Source of the DNA: Callorhinchus milii
Taxonomy: Eukaryota
Assembly: GCF_018977255.1 (NCBI RefSeq)
Contig: NW_024704766.1
Location: 3,906,001-3,970,000, forward strand
Direction of reading: 5' to 3'
Length of the DNA: 64,000 nt
Shown here: piece by piece, positions 40,001-51,458 of the stretch
Layout of the letters: every line of letters starts with the position of its first letter
How positions within the stretch are numbered: the stretch's first letter is position 1
Program-made: the position numbers and the translations under genes
Notes under the pieces: generated by a model
Databases searched by the model: none
What the model was told of the DNA's origin: nothing
The model's input: only the letters and a program-made list of their open reading frames with translations

Positions 40001-41894
40001 ACTTTTCAGAAAAGACGGTACAGTAGTGTAATTGTGAACGTCAAAATCTTGCATCAATTCTAGACGAGTTTTATTCAGCACACTTTGAGATTGTGAGCAG
40101 TGTAAAATGCTTACGTCAGTCACAAACACACATTTTTTTATTGTTTTTCGTGGGGGCAATCAATCTCACCCGTTTGCCTGACAAAAATGGAAAGAAAATG
40201 GCAGTACGTTATATTTGACAAATAACAGAACAGTTAAACAGCTTTATATCTTTCATTTTTATGCCAAAATTAAAACACATGATAATATAATCAGCTCCAA
40301 CATTTGTACTGACCTTTTGGTACTTAAGTGGTTTTAATGGTTTATGAATCTGTCCTTTAGGATTTCACAAAGCCTAAACACAAATCAGTCAGAATTATTT
40401 CTTGTAATTTTCCCAGTCTGACACTGAGGACTAATCTAAAACAAGCCAAGGCATGATGCATTTCATTTAGCTAAAATGCAAAATATTAAAACATGCGCAT
40501 TTATATTCCCAAATGGAATACTGCTGAGACCTTATTAAGTAAATTATTTCTGGGCCATTTTGCTGGGCTTCCGAGGACTGCTTGTGTCGATGGCGTTTGT
40601 GGATGTGTAAAATAACAAATAGCTCTTAAAATGTCCCCTGATCATCCCGAAATCCAACTGACACCTGTGTTGTGATTAATTGTCATGAGATGGCAAGGTT
40701 AGAAGAGAGCCGACTCAGAACATCTGCAGACATCCCTGTACTTGAACTTGGTCAGAAGTTTCAGTCAAGAAAATGCTCTTTCCAATAAATCTCAACAACT
40801 CGTTTCAAGAGAGTTCTAACCTTTAAATACTAGTACATATTCACCCACAAAAAAGAATCTACTTATAGTATATCTGTGACAGGCTTTGGGGCATCATCCT
40901 TCGTGATAGGCGCTATACAAACGTGAGTATTTCTGGAACACTCTTCTCTATCCCTTCCCTCCGCCTTGCCCCTTCCTTCCCCGTCTTCAGGTCATGCCTG
41001 AAGACCTTCCAATTCGACCGTACCTACAGTCACCCCACCCTCCCCGCCAGCTCAGGTCATGCTCCGTCAAAGTCAAGCGCTCCGGGACGCTACCCTGCAT
41101 GAGTGAGGGGCGCTACACAAATGCAAGTTGTTGCTGTGTATTATTATTAAGCACACCACATTTCTAGTTACACAAACTTTCAGCATGTCCTGTGTGGCTG
41201 GCTAACTCTAAGACATAAGAATGTTTTTTCTCCAACAATTAAGTTCAGTTTACAGGCTCTGCGTGGATTAAAGCCACATTAAGTATGGAGTTCTTCAATG
41301 CTTGCTTCCTGGGATTTCTCCATATTCCAGTAATTTTCCAACCAAACTTATTTTCGTCTTTTTGTGTATAAAAGTTGTCCTCCCTCCACCAACTTCTGAT
41401 AAATTTAACGTATAAACCAATAAATAATGATTCATGCGTGTTTGCAGAATAAATCAAGCTGATCACAATAATATATTCATCTCCTTAAAGTTATGCTTTT
41501 AAACTAGACAGAGTGGGATTAAAAAAAAACATGACTGTTACACAGATGAACAAATACAGTAGTGTTTGATCAAAACAGATAAGTGCTGTTCAGGGAAATG
41601 AAATGCAAACATTAACCAAAAGGTCAAGTCTGAATGAGGAACAGTATTGAAAAAAATGACTCCCAACATCTTTGTACCAATGCAAACTGCAAACAAACTT
41701 AGGGAAATTGAAGCGTATCCAAGTGAAAGCATTCACAAACTTCGTATTCAACACACCAAGAACGTTCCAAAAGTTAATGCTCTCAGTAGTCGACCATTCT
41801 CGCACGAGATTTACTGAAACAGCTGTGAATGGGAGGCTCTTATAATATTCTTCATCACTCACAATCCTCCCCACCCAAACCCTCAGAGCAGTTA

Positions 41895-42178
41895 GCCCGT
41901 TTTGCCCAAAATATACAGTCAATTCACCTTACAGCATATTCTGTGCAGCGCTTTGAGACGTCTGAAAGACGTGATAAGGCACTATATCAATTGCAAGGAT
42001 TATTATTGCCATTATGTCAGACGGCTACTCAAGGTCTTGAGTTTTGATCTGTTCAGTGTTCTTCTCCCAAAAGTTCACACCTTTAAGGAGTCCTGTAGCT
42101 CTGTGGCTAAAGCACTCGCCTTGCAAGCAGAGTCCTGGGTTCGATTCCCTTGGGCAAGTTTCCTTACTCCACATGCCT
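41895..42178 (+). mobile_element. SINE tail (41895-42007) followed by a separate SINE head (42087-42178)
   Basis: Tail motif, then ggagtcctgtagctctgtggctaaagcactcgcc...gggttcgattcc. Confidence 0.8.
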
Positions 42179-42723
42179 AATAATAATTATTAGTAGTAAT
42201 ATTAATAATTATTAGTATTATACTGCATCTGCCATCTTCTCACCCATATACCCCAGTTATCCCAGAAATTGTGTACATTGATTTGCACCATCAGATGCCC
42301 TTCAAAGTCAAATGATTCAATATTTTGTTGTGTGGCACAATATTAACAGGCGTACGAGATACGAGATTCCCAGCGTTGAGTAGGTACTGCTATCAAGAAA
42401 GATGGATAAATTTGAAGCTTTGCTTTCTGAGGATTAGACAAATAGTGTCAACGTATTTAAGTGGAAGCTGGTTGCATAGATGAGATGAAAGGGAAGAGAG
42501 GGGCATGGGAGGGGAATAGGAGGGTCATATAGAGTTCTAAACACAGGAAAGTTGGGCCGAATGGCCTGTTTCCTTACTGTAACATTCTTTGTAATTCTAC
42601 ACATTGTTCCTCATTTCTATTGGTAATTTCGTCGAGCTACTTTCCATTTCCGAATACGGAAATGAAAACCGAGGCTGTTTCTGCAATAATACCATATGGA
42701 GCAGGTTAAGATATGTTACAGTA

Positions 42724-42729
42724 TTTATT
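42724..42729 (-). terminator. Candidate distal poly(A) signal AATAAA
   Basis: tttatt on +, near the far edge of the repeat-free block. Confidence 0.4.
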
Positions 42730-44314
42730 GTGAATTGGAATTCTAGTAAATGACAATTGGATAACAGTAACTTCACAGATTGCAACATTGCATTTAAATA
42801 CCTAAGTTTCAACCATTAATACGGCTACAAATGTAAAAGTCTTTGATATATTCGAAGCTATACCCATAACAGCATCGATCACGCAGCCAGGGAAAGCACA
42901 ATACATCTTGTAGGTCGGAAAGAATCTCAGAATGTAGCTTCTACCTCCAAACATTGAAGGAAGTGAAAAGCACTGAACACAACCCAAAGAATGAAAGATG
43001 AAAAGAATTAACACAAAGAAGTGAAAAGTGCACAATCCTGCTTGTTTCGAAGCTCTCACTTTCCAATGCTTTCTCAGTTATAAATCGACTGCTCTCGTCT
43101 CCTCATATTTCCAGTTATATCTTGAGCTAAAGTGCGGCAAAGTCACTACGTATTACAAACAATAAAAGTGGTCGGCTCCTGGAAGTCATGTTGGAATGTG
43201 GGTGTGCTTCATCTCCTTCTGTTCCAATTACTAGAAGGTGTTCAAGTTAGTAAACTTACCTATTCAGAATCTACATTACTTGTTATTTCTATTCCAGGAA
43301 TTGTGAGAACATCAATAACAATTAAGCCGTGCAGTTGGAGAAATGATCTCCTTAGATAACCAAAGCAAGCCCAACTCTGCCATTAATGTGGATAGATTAT
43401 TAGAAAGAATAGCTAGTAGGTTAGTGAAAGCAAGGAACCAATGAACATAAGTTGGGTAGATGGTGTACACAGCATGACTCCAGAGCATTTTGAACACCCA
43501 TCATATTAAATAGCCACATTTCCATTTTAATGAAACACAAAACATTCTAACAACCTTTTTTTCCCATTGTATTTTTTTAAAATAACCGCATAACAGGGCG
43601 TTTTCTCAACTAAAAGTAGCCCGTCACCTTCTTGTCAGGTTAGTTTGGATCTGATGAATTAACCCAAGGTAGCGAGGTGTTGACAGAACACATGTAATAC
43701 ACACTTTTCAATAAATAGCCCGCTAATAATAACTTTAACGAATTAGCAACATTATGCCATTGGACGAAAATAATACTTTTGCTCAACGCCAATGAAAGAC
43801 TCTTTTAAATAAATTAAGCAACAGATGGCAAAGTCACACAAATACCAAAGTGCAATAATAATTAGAATACATGTTAACTTGTAATGGTCTGCGTGTTGGT
43901 CAAGAATGGAAATTAGGTGGTTGCTCTAATTTGTTTCTCTGTAAAGATGAAACTACCAGGTTATAAAGGGAGCATCGCTTTGTTGAACTTGCCTTAAAAT
44001 GTACTACATTCAAGCTCCTAAGAAGTTATCTTGCACATTCCACTACTGTGCACAGCAGATCTCATTTGTGCTTCAATTTCCGTCAACCAGCTGTAATGAT
44101 ACCCGAATGGTGTTTTGTCAACGATTCCTGCCTGTTCGTGAGAAAGATATGTAAAAGTCAATCGTCTTGCAGTTAAACGCAATTCTCTGCTGAAATACCG
44201 TTCGCTCCCAGCACTTTCTTGCGCTTCGGCAAGAGTAGGACTTGAAATCCGAAATACTGTTCGTAAAAAGAAAAAAAGTATTGAAAAAAATAAAAAGATA
44301 AGTTGCAAAATATA

Positions 44315-44320
44315 TTTATT
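44315..44320 (-). terminator. Candidate proximal poly(A) signal AATAAA
   Basis: tttatt on +; on the minus strand AATAAA is followed by a strongly U-rich tract. Confidence 0.5.
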
Positions 44321-44582
44321 CAAAGAGGAAATGTTTGGTACCATCCCTCAAGCAATTCTTGTCATTTTTAATGACATCATTGATATGCTTGATTTAGAGT
44401 GTTTCTAACTGCAGATGCTTGTTGGTGGGTGAGGATTAAATGGAAACCAGAACTTAGAATGTCCTACAAAAAAAATAAAAATTCCCAAACGAAATATCTC
44501 GCATCTTTCTAGAGAAACATTCCGGGTTACAGCAAAACAAAATCTGAGAGCGGGCGGATTGCTGGATACTGGGACACACACC

Positions 44583-44706
44583 TTAGTTTGGAACTCGCTC
44601 CACGCTGCCAGAAACGCAGGAAAGCAAAGACCTTTGGAACTCTTCACTCGAAGCTTCTGGGATCAGAAATTCCAACAGCAGGTCACATATGCAGTAGACC
44701 AGATGT
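44583..44706 (-). CDS. SNX19: SNX19 terminal coding exon to stop codon
   Basis: Acceptor ctttattttgttgtgttgcag. Reads (R)HLVYCICDLLLEFLIPEASSEEFQRSLLSCVSGSVERVPN*, cf. SNX19 RHLIYCLGDIILEFL. TAA at 44583-44585. Confidence 0.93.
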
Positions 44707-46790
44707 CTGCAACACAACAAAATAAAGGTTTATGTTTATGTCATTAGTTTATACATAAGAGCTCTGGGAAGCAACCCCGGGTGAAGGGTGATATAAATGC
44801 AAATTGTTGTTGTGCGACACTTGATATCTGAAATGACAGCAAATTTTCTCTCAAAACATGATGGTGCCCAACTTTGACGTAACCCCAAAAATTGTATGTA
44901 CAAATGTTTTCAGAGACAAGGACAATCCAAGGATAAAACTTCGAATGATAAAGATTTTGTTGGGATATCAATACCTATGAGGAAAGTTTCGCCTTCTGTA
45001 AGAACTGCATCTCCAAAGTATTCTTTACTGTGTCAGTAAAGAAACCTCTCGCTACATAAACCCTTCAGAATAGGCATGAAGAATGAATTAATAATAATAA
45101 TCCTTGCATTTGATGTAGCGCTTTTCACATCTTCTTGACGTCCCAAAGCCCTCCACAGAATAGACAGTGAAGTAAATTGACGGTATATTTTTGTAACAAA
45201 TATAAAGATGTCGTACGCATAGTTTACTGCGTCGTTGTATTTTTAAAAAAGGCTTCATTTACAAATTTACGCTGCTCGAAAATTGAAATCTCTGGCTGAA
45301 ATAAAAGTAGAAAATCATCTGAACATCCTTCAGAAGCAGAGCCCTGTTATGGTCTGTTCAGAAGAAGTTCAGAATGAAATGGTACTGTGCGCTGGTGTAA
45401 CTGTGCAGACTGGAATACCTCAAGTGTCCCTTTTCTCTCTATACACAGTCAGTTTCTAAATAAAACCATCTAAACCCTGGTGTAAAAACTCCGTTCAGCA
45501 ACGTGTGACCCTAATGGAAAATCCCTCTGGTGGTCAACATCGACAAAGGCACCTCACACCGAACAGAATCTTTACCTACGCATTTCCAATTGGAGCCATG
45601 CAAGCACTGCACGTCATGTGGGTCAGAATATTTCAAACTGAAGGCGAACACCCCCCCCAAAAGAGGTTACGGTAGTGCGACTGGCAGTTAAATCGTACCC
45701 AGAAATGCATTCAGTTCCCTACCCCCTGGGTGCATGCACTGAGCTTCAATACAATTGAGTAAATCCCATTAAATCTGTGGGTGATTAACCTGATGTCAAT
45801 CTAACACTCCACAGTCCTGTGTGATTTCCAATAAATGTCAGTTTGCGGCATAAAGTTAAACAGAATCCAAACACAAATCTCCATCAAATTGCAACTGGCC
45901 ACCCAAGACCTCCTTCCATCGCTCAACGAATTAACCTTTTTATAGAGCAATTTATCTTTACAGATCGCCTCAGACTGTCCTGCACAAATCCACCCGTCTT
46001 TATAGTTCGTGCTCAGCACCTCTGGGAATCCATAAGGATTGCCATTTACCAAAGGTGGTCAAAGATTATCCAAGTTCAGTTATTATAACTGTCCACATTG
46101 TCTTTTTTTTCCCTGAAGATGTAGAATACCTCGCTTTCTTTTATTAGCACACAACGTACAAACGACTACCAGGTATGTGTTCAACCCAAGAAAAGCAACA
46201 ACAACTACTATTGGATTTATATAGCGCCCTTCACACCAGATAGCGTTACCCAGTCACAGGGAGCCACCGAGACACTTACACCGAAGTGACAAATAATGAG
46301 AGAGTGCAGATGCACTAGGCAGGAGATTCAAACTACATACCCGCTGACAGATCGATTTAATTCCCAGAGCTAAGAGATTGAAACCCAGTGCACCATTCGG
46401 AATCAAAGGATCTTTAGGTTTAATGGATTTTCAATGGGAGCGATTATGTGTATTTTTGAACAAATTTGTTTAAAATTCCTTATGTAAGAAAGCTGGAAGT
46501 CCTTGACTCCAATGCACTGTCCAATGCGATCTATTCTCTACTCAAGGTGGAGTGAGTTTGAGTTTCCCATTCAGTTTTCTTAATTAAGAAATCCCATTAA
46601 ATTAGCAGCGTAAAGTTGACCCTTTTTTTAAAAACAAGGTCCAAAAATCCCAAACACAGAGAAGAAAGATGAAGAAATCCAGGGAGTACAAATACAGACT
46701 CCTGGAATGTGTCTGTCTCAAAAGAGTACTCGTTCAAGAACATGGATTTTAAAAAAATCCTTCTGGATATTGTGTACAAATGATACTGCG

Positions 46791-47366
46791 ATCCTCAAAG
46801 GGACAAAGTAAATGGATTTGGATCACGTGGCAGAGATATGGGTTCAGATTTAGACGTGTATGTTGACAGTTTTGTGAACGTTGAATTTCAAGTATTTGCG
46901 ATTACAAAATCCAATAATATAGTGGAAATAGCCAAAACAGTGAAAACTTAAGAGGATCATGCCAAATATTTCCTGTAACTGACATCTGATCCACAGGTTT
47001 AATTGGTATTAAGAGTTTCAGTCCAGATGCATCTGATACAATTCAAAATTTTAAAATCACTAACTTATGGAGATATTTCAATTAATGTCTTCAATGAAAA
47101 AAAAGTACATTAGTACAGTAAGACACATGAGACTCATCAGTCGGGACCACAACATTTCATCTGACTTACGTGAAGTAAGAGTTGCACGTTTGTACGTAAA
47201 TTGATATAAAATCAGACTTAATTAATAATCTACATACAGACTTCAATGTAAGTGCGAAAAATCCTCAAAGGGACAAAGCAAATGGATTTGGATCACGTGG
47301 CAGAGATATGGGTTCAGATTTAAACGTGTGTGTGTACGACATGTTGACAGTTTTTTGAACGCTGAA
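46791..47366. repeat. Direct repeat pair (46791-46885 and 47261-47366)
   Basis: atcctcaaagggacaaagYaaatggatttggatcacgtggcagagatatgggttcagattta occurs twice, 470 bp apart. Confidence 0.95.
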
Positions 47367-47609
47367 AAACCAGGTCAAACCATTTCCTCGTATTTCAATT
47401 CGCCCGTAAATTATGAGATGAGTCTGGAGATGATTTGCTTAATAAAACACCATCATTACAAAGAAATGTAAGTGGTTTGGGTAGAAAACTGAATGGGACT
47501 CAGGTCCATCAACAACTTAAGACGATGATACGATTTATAAAGCAGACTCATGCGAGTTTTACTGGCAAAATCAGTTACAGCCGCAGGGTCAATGTTAAAC
47601 AATAAATCG

Positions 47610-47708
47610 CCACGCTTTCTCTTTTGGATGCAGGTTGACCCCCCTGTGGATTTTCAGAATTTCTGCTTTTGTTTCAGGTTTCCACCATCTGCAGTTTTCG
47701 TTTTATTT
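47610..47708 (+). mobile_element. Decayed fragment of the same Penelope-like terminal repeat
   Basis: tttctgcttttgtttcaggtttccaccatctgcag aligns with 61800-61832. Confidence 0.5.
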
Positions 47709-50700
47709 CTACAAGTAAAATGTAACTGGATATTGGCTACTGACAGAATTGCATGTATCTGATGCCAGGTAGCTCGGGAAGGGCACTTTGGGTAAACTAC
47801 CTTCTTGTGCAAATGGAGTGGTAAAATGTATGTGTGTGCGTGTATGTGAGTCTGATCATAGCCAAACTGTCCGGAGAAGAGATGGCAGCAGCATGAAAAC
47901 ATCAGCAGTAAAATCTCCTGCGACTGTAATGGAAAGATTACAAGGAAGGAATGAGTAAAAAGTATAGCACGAGAGAAAAGCATCTGTTGCATAGACATAA
48001 ATAATGCTCTGACTGAGGACCTTAACTCACCTGGTAAAAGATTTCATTAACAGAAGGACATTGTGGGGCTTTCATGCTATTGATGGTGTGTAAAATTCTC
48101 ATATTCAATATACACTGGATACTATTATTTTACAGTAAATCCTGAGAAGCGGTTTGAGACGTCTGCGCGATGTGATAAGGCGCTATATCAAATGCAAGGA
48201 TTATTAATATTAATTGTGAACCTTTGGCCTCTTTTTCTGTTACATAATGATGACTGAGGCGGAATCAAGACGGAATTTAATTTAGTTATGCTCATTCTCA
48301 CTTAAAAACATATGCCTAACACCATAATCATCAGCTCGCAAGAATTAAAACGTTTTATATTTATTTCCCCCACTTGGACCTTAAATCTTGTGTGCAGGCA
48401 AAGTAAAAGTGATAGAGAACATTATTCATAGCTGGCACAATTCTGCATTTCTGCTTTAACTTGTACTTGGGTGGCAAGTGCTGGAGTAAAACAGCCAACT
48501 GCTCTCTGTAGAGCAACCTTATCCCTTGTTGGTTCCTCACGCTGGCAGGTGTTGTATTAACTATCCCTCCAGGACAGACCTGCTCAAAGAATTATTCAAC
48601 TCGTGGAAAAGCAAATTTCCTGTCTGGCCACCTTGCCCTCTCTCTCTCTCTCTCGGAGAGTTTGCAGTGCTCTGAAATGTCCTGAACCGCTTCAACAGTC
48701 ATGTAGGTCAGAGGATTTTATCAGAATGCAATTTCTTGAAAACCACAGTGCTAATTACCTCAAAGATCCGAATAAAACACGGCCAGCTAAATAACAACAA
48801 TCATCCTTACATTAGAAATAGCACCTTTCACGTCGGGGTAGCTTGAGGTCAAACAGTGGGTTCAGCCTTTCAGTGATTTGTGGGATTCAGACTTTTTATG
48901 AAAGTCCAAACCTTTTGAATTAAAAGTATGCAAACTGCGAAATTAGCCAACTGTGGAGTGGACGAAACTCACAGCCCATTAGCGGATGCAAACGCCTGGA
49001 TTCAAACCCACACTCAAGTGTGGTGATTACTCGACTGGGTGACCTGCGATGGTTGGGAAGCTTGGGTACGTGTGTTGACATTGGATGACGATTGGGAAAC
49101 AGCGGCTGGTTATTGCTCCTGATCTAAGGGCTCTGTGACGCTAACCCACCTGAAGGGCACTACATAAATGCAAGTTGTTGTCATTGTCTCTAGCTAGAAA
49201 CCCCTAGCACTTTCTCTAGCTGGGAAGCGCATGTGTGGATGTGGGATGAGTCAGAGTTAGGCTCTCGTGTGATGGCCAACCATTCTCAATCAAATAACTC
49301 TCCACACGCCAAAGCTCACACACGCGAAAACCGGTGCCACTTAGCCCATTGGCGGAATACGCTGTGGAAACGTACCCAGGAGACTCAAAAAGGGAGTCGC
49401 ACGCTTTCTGAAAGGGGAAGAGAAGAGAAGGAAGACTGCCGACAAATATTAGATACGGTAATATGTGCCACATTTTGCAGACTAAAATACGCAGTCAAAT
49501 CACTTTACAGTACATAATCTGAAGTGCTTTGAGACGGCTCAAGATGCTATATCAAATGCAAGGATTATTGTTGTTATTACAATAAACGTGGCTAGGGAAT
49601 CGGCAACGTGCAAGGAAGTCATTACACCATATGTTGTGCAGAAACTCGCAGGGTTAAATTAACACACCTGAGCCAGATGAGGTTCACCCTGGAATGTTTA
49701 AACAGGGACATAAAGTCTAGAAGGAGTACATTATGTTCAAAGCACTGTGATTGAAAACAGTCAAAAAATATATTGTTACAATACTTCCCAACGGTTATAA
49801 TTCCTTGTTTTAACACTGCCTGGAACCTGCACACAGCTTCGGTGGTATAACGTTGGTTATAAACTTACCTACTTGTGTTAAAAGACTGGCATAATTATGG
49901 TGAATTCTGTGGATTTACCCAATTGTGAGCTCGTCTGGATCCCCCTCTCCCACGCCAGGAAATTGCATTTACTGGTGACACCAAGCTTAGGAGAAGCTGT
50001 GAAATCATGGGATCTTACCAAGAGTTCAACAGGGTACACACCAAAGCTGATCACTGGCAAAAGAAGCACAGCACTGTACACACAAATGTAATGCATTCAA
50101 CTAAAGTCCACAAAATATACAGTCGATTCACTTTACAGTATATTCTGTGAAGCGTTTTGAGACGTCTCGAAGACGTGATAAGGCACTGTATCACATAAAC
50201 CCCGACTGCAGCTCGGGTCTGAAATGCTGTACTCTGTCCAGCGCCTTGGGACATCCTCCTGACGTGAAAGGCGCTATACACATGTAATCTGGTTGTTGTA
50301 TTGAACTGCAAGGTTTATAGTTATTAAAGGAAACTATGAAAAGTGCCCATTAGCAGAAGCAAGAAATTAGAAAGATCTAGACAACATCGTGGATCCTTTG
50401 GTCCATCCAGGAGCTTTAAAGAAGTGAAGCGATCTGTTTCATTTTAATGCATCTGGTGTTATTTTCTAGATAAGATTTATTAACACTAAGCATGTTTAAG
50501 AGTGAAGAAACAGTCTTGCGAACTTCAAGGGGAAAAGCCAGAATTTCCTTGTAAATCTGCCAGATTTGTATCAAACTTTCTGACGCTTTATACCTGTCAC
50601 ATACATGATGAAGCAGTTACTGCGGATACTTACCAGTGAAGGCATGCACCTAAACTTTTTATTATTATTTTAAGTGACAGTTTTACTTACGAGAGCAGTG

Positions 50701-51075
50701 CCATATCTTGCTTTCTCTCTGAAAGTGCTGTTATTTTTTTTCTTGCTAAACTCATTCACGTACAAGCATTTTCTTCAAGACTTTCGTTCCTTCCTGCGAG
50801 ACTGAAATACCTTCTCTCGTCAGTGCTCGAAGCTCTGCATGTTAATTGTGGTAAAATTGCAGCTAACAGAAGGAACGTCGATCAAAAATTTTTACGTCCA
50901 CCTTGCTAAACTTTGCAATTTTCATAACGTACCATTATACTGATACACAAAAAGGCAAAGTTAGGAGGAATAGCCATACCAATGCTGAATTATTACGGAG
51001 AAAATTCAACTCGAAGCTTGTGTATTTGTGCAGTTTCTTACGTTTAAATGGAGAGTTAAACACCTGATGCTCTGT

Positions 51076-51356
51076 TGGGGAGAAACTCTACCTGCGTCTA
51101 GATTTGCTCGATTGAGGCAATGTTTTACGGAGTTCAGAATTTGGCAAACTGTTAAACTCAGCCTCAATTATAAAGTTGGTGCTCTGTAAAAATTCTGAAA
51201 AGACCTTTACGGGAAACCACCTTCCAAATTACGGTCATATTTAAGAATTTGCCAAATTCTGGACGCTCCATAAATACTATATAATATTACTAATACTTCA
51301 ACTCCATAAATGTTACATAAATAGAGCAAATGTCAACCCTGGGGAGTTATTCCCCA
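51076..51356. mobile_element. Palindromic MITE-like element
   Basis: tgggga...tcccca ends; arms match over about 100 bp (atttgctc..att and cagaatttggcaaa versus tttgccaaattctg). Confidence 0.75.
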
Positions 51357-51370
51357 TGTATTGGACCAAC

Positions 51371-51458
51371 CTGTTTATCAAAGGATTCTGTAGCGAGTCT
51401 AAGATGTGACGCCAACTCTTGCGATATCCCTCTTCACCAAGGACCTCAGGCACCAGAG
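51371..51458 (-). CDS. SNX19: SNX19 penultimate coding exon
   Basis: Acceptor ctgttctgttgctcttcgacag, donor AG|gttggt, 88 nt, phase 1 in and phase 2 out, compatible with both neighbours. Reads (A)LVPEVLGEEGYRKSWRHILDSLQNPLIN(R), cf. SNX19 DLVVEILGVNKCRLSWGLVLESLQQPLINR. Absent from the ORF track. Confidence 0.93.

Larger units (their letters stand above)
42700..44582 (-). other. SNX19: Probable SNX19 3' UTR (length uncertain)
   Basis: About 1.9 kb downstream of the stop with no recognisable SINE/LINE, in a window where such repeats occur roughly every kb; contains two AATAAA signals on the minus strand. Confidence 0.55.
206..50299. repeat. Other short L2 3' ends
   Basis: Hairpin-plus-(TTG)n tail at about 206(-), 1131(+), 9310(+), 12690(+), 13530(+), 20205(+), 30755(-), 39650(+), 40945(+), 44760(+), 46195(-), 49125(+) and 50200(+). 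Confidence 0.75.

Noticed and set aside
42087-42150. tRNA-like sequences with A and B boxes (also near 10322, 24382, 25010, 63789)
   Set aside because: They run directly into SINE bodies and lack a full cloverleaf, so they are SINE heads and not tRNA genes.
1-42600. Exons of expected neighbours (ADAMTS15) or miR-34/449 host genes (CDC20B, BTG4)
   Set aside because: No thrombospondin, WD40 or BTG-like translations were found by eye; small divergent exons could have been missed.
50625-50646. ATACTTACC resembling the U1 snRNA 5' end, or a 16-nt microexon on minus
   Set aside because: The match stops after 9 nt, and the would-be acceptor is A-rich with no pyrimidine tract.
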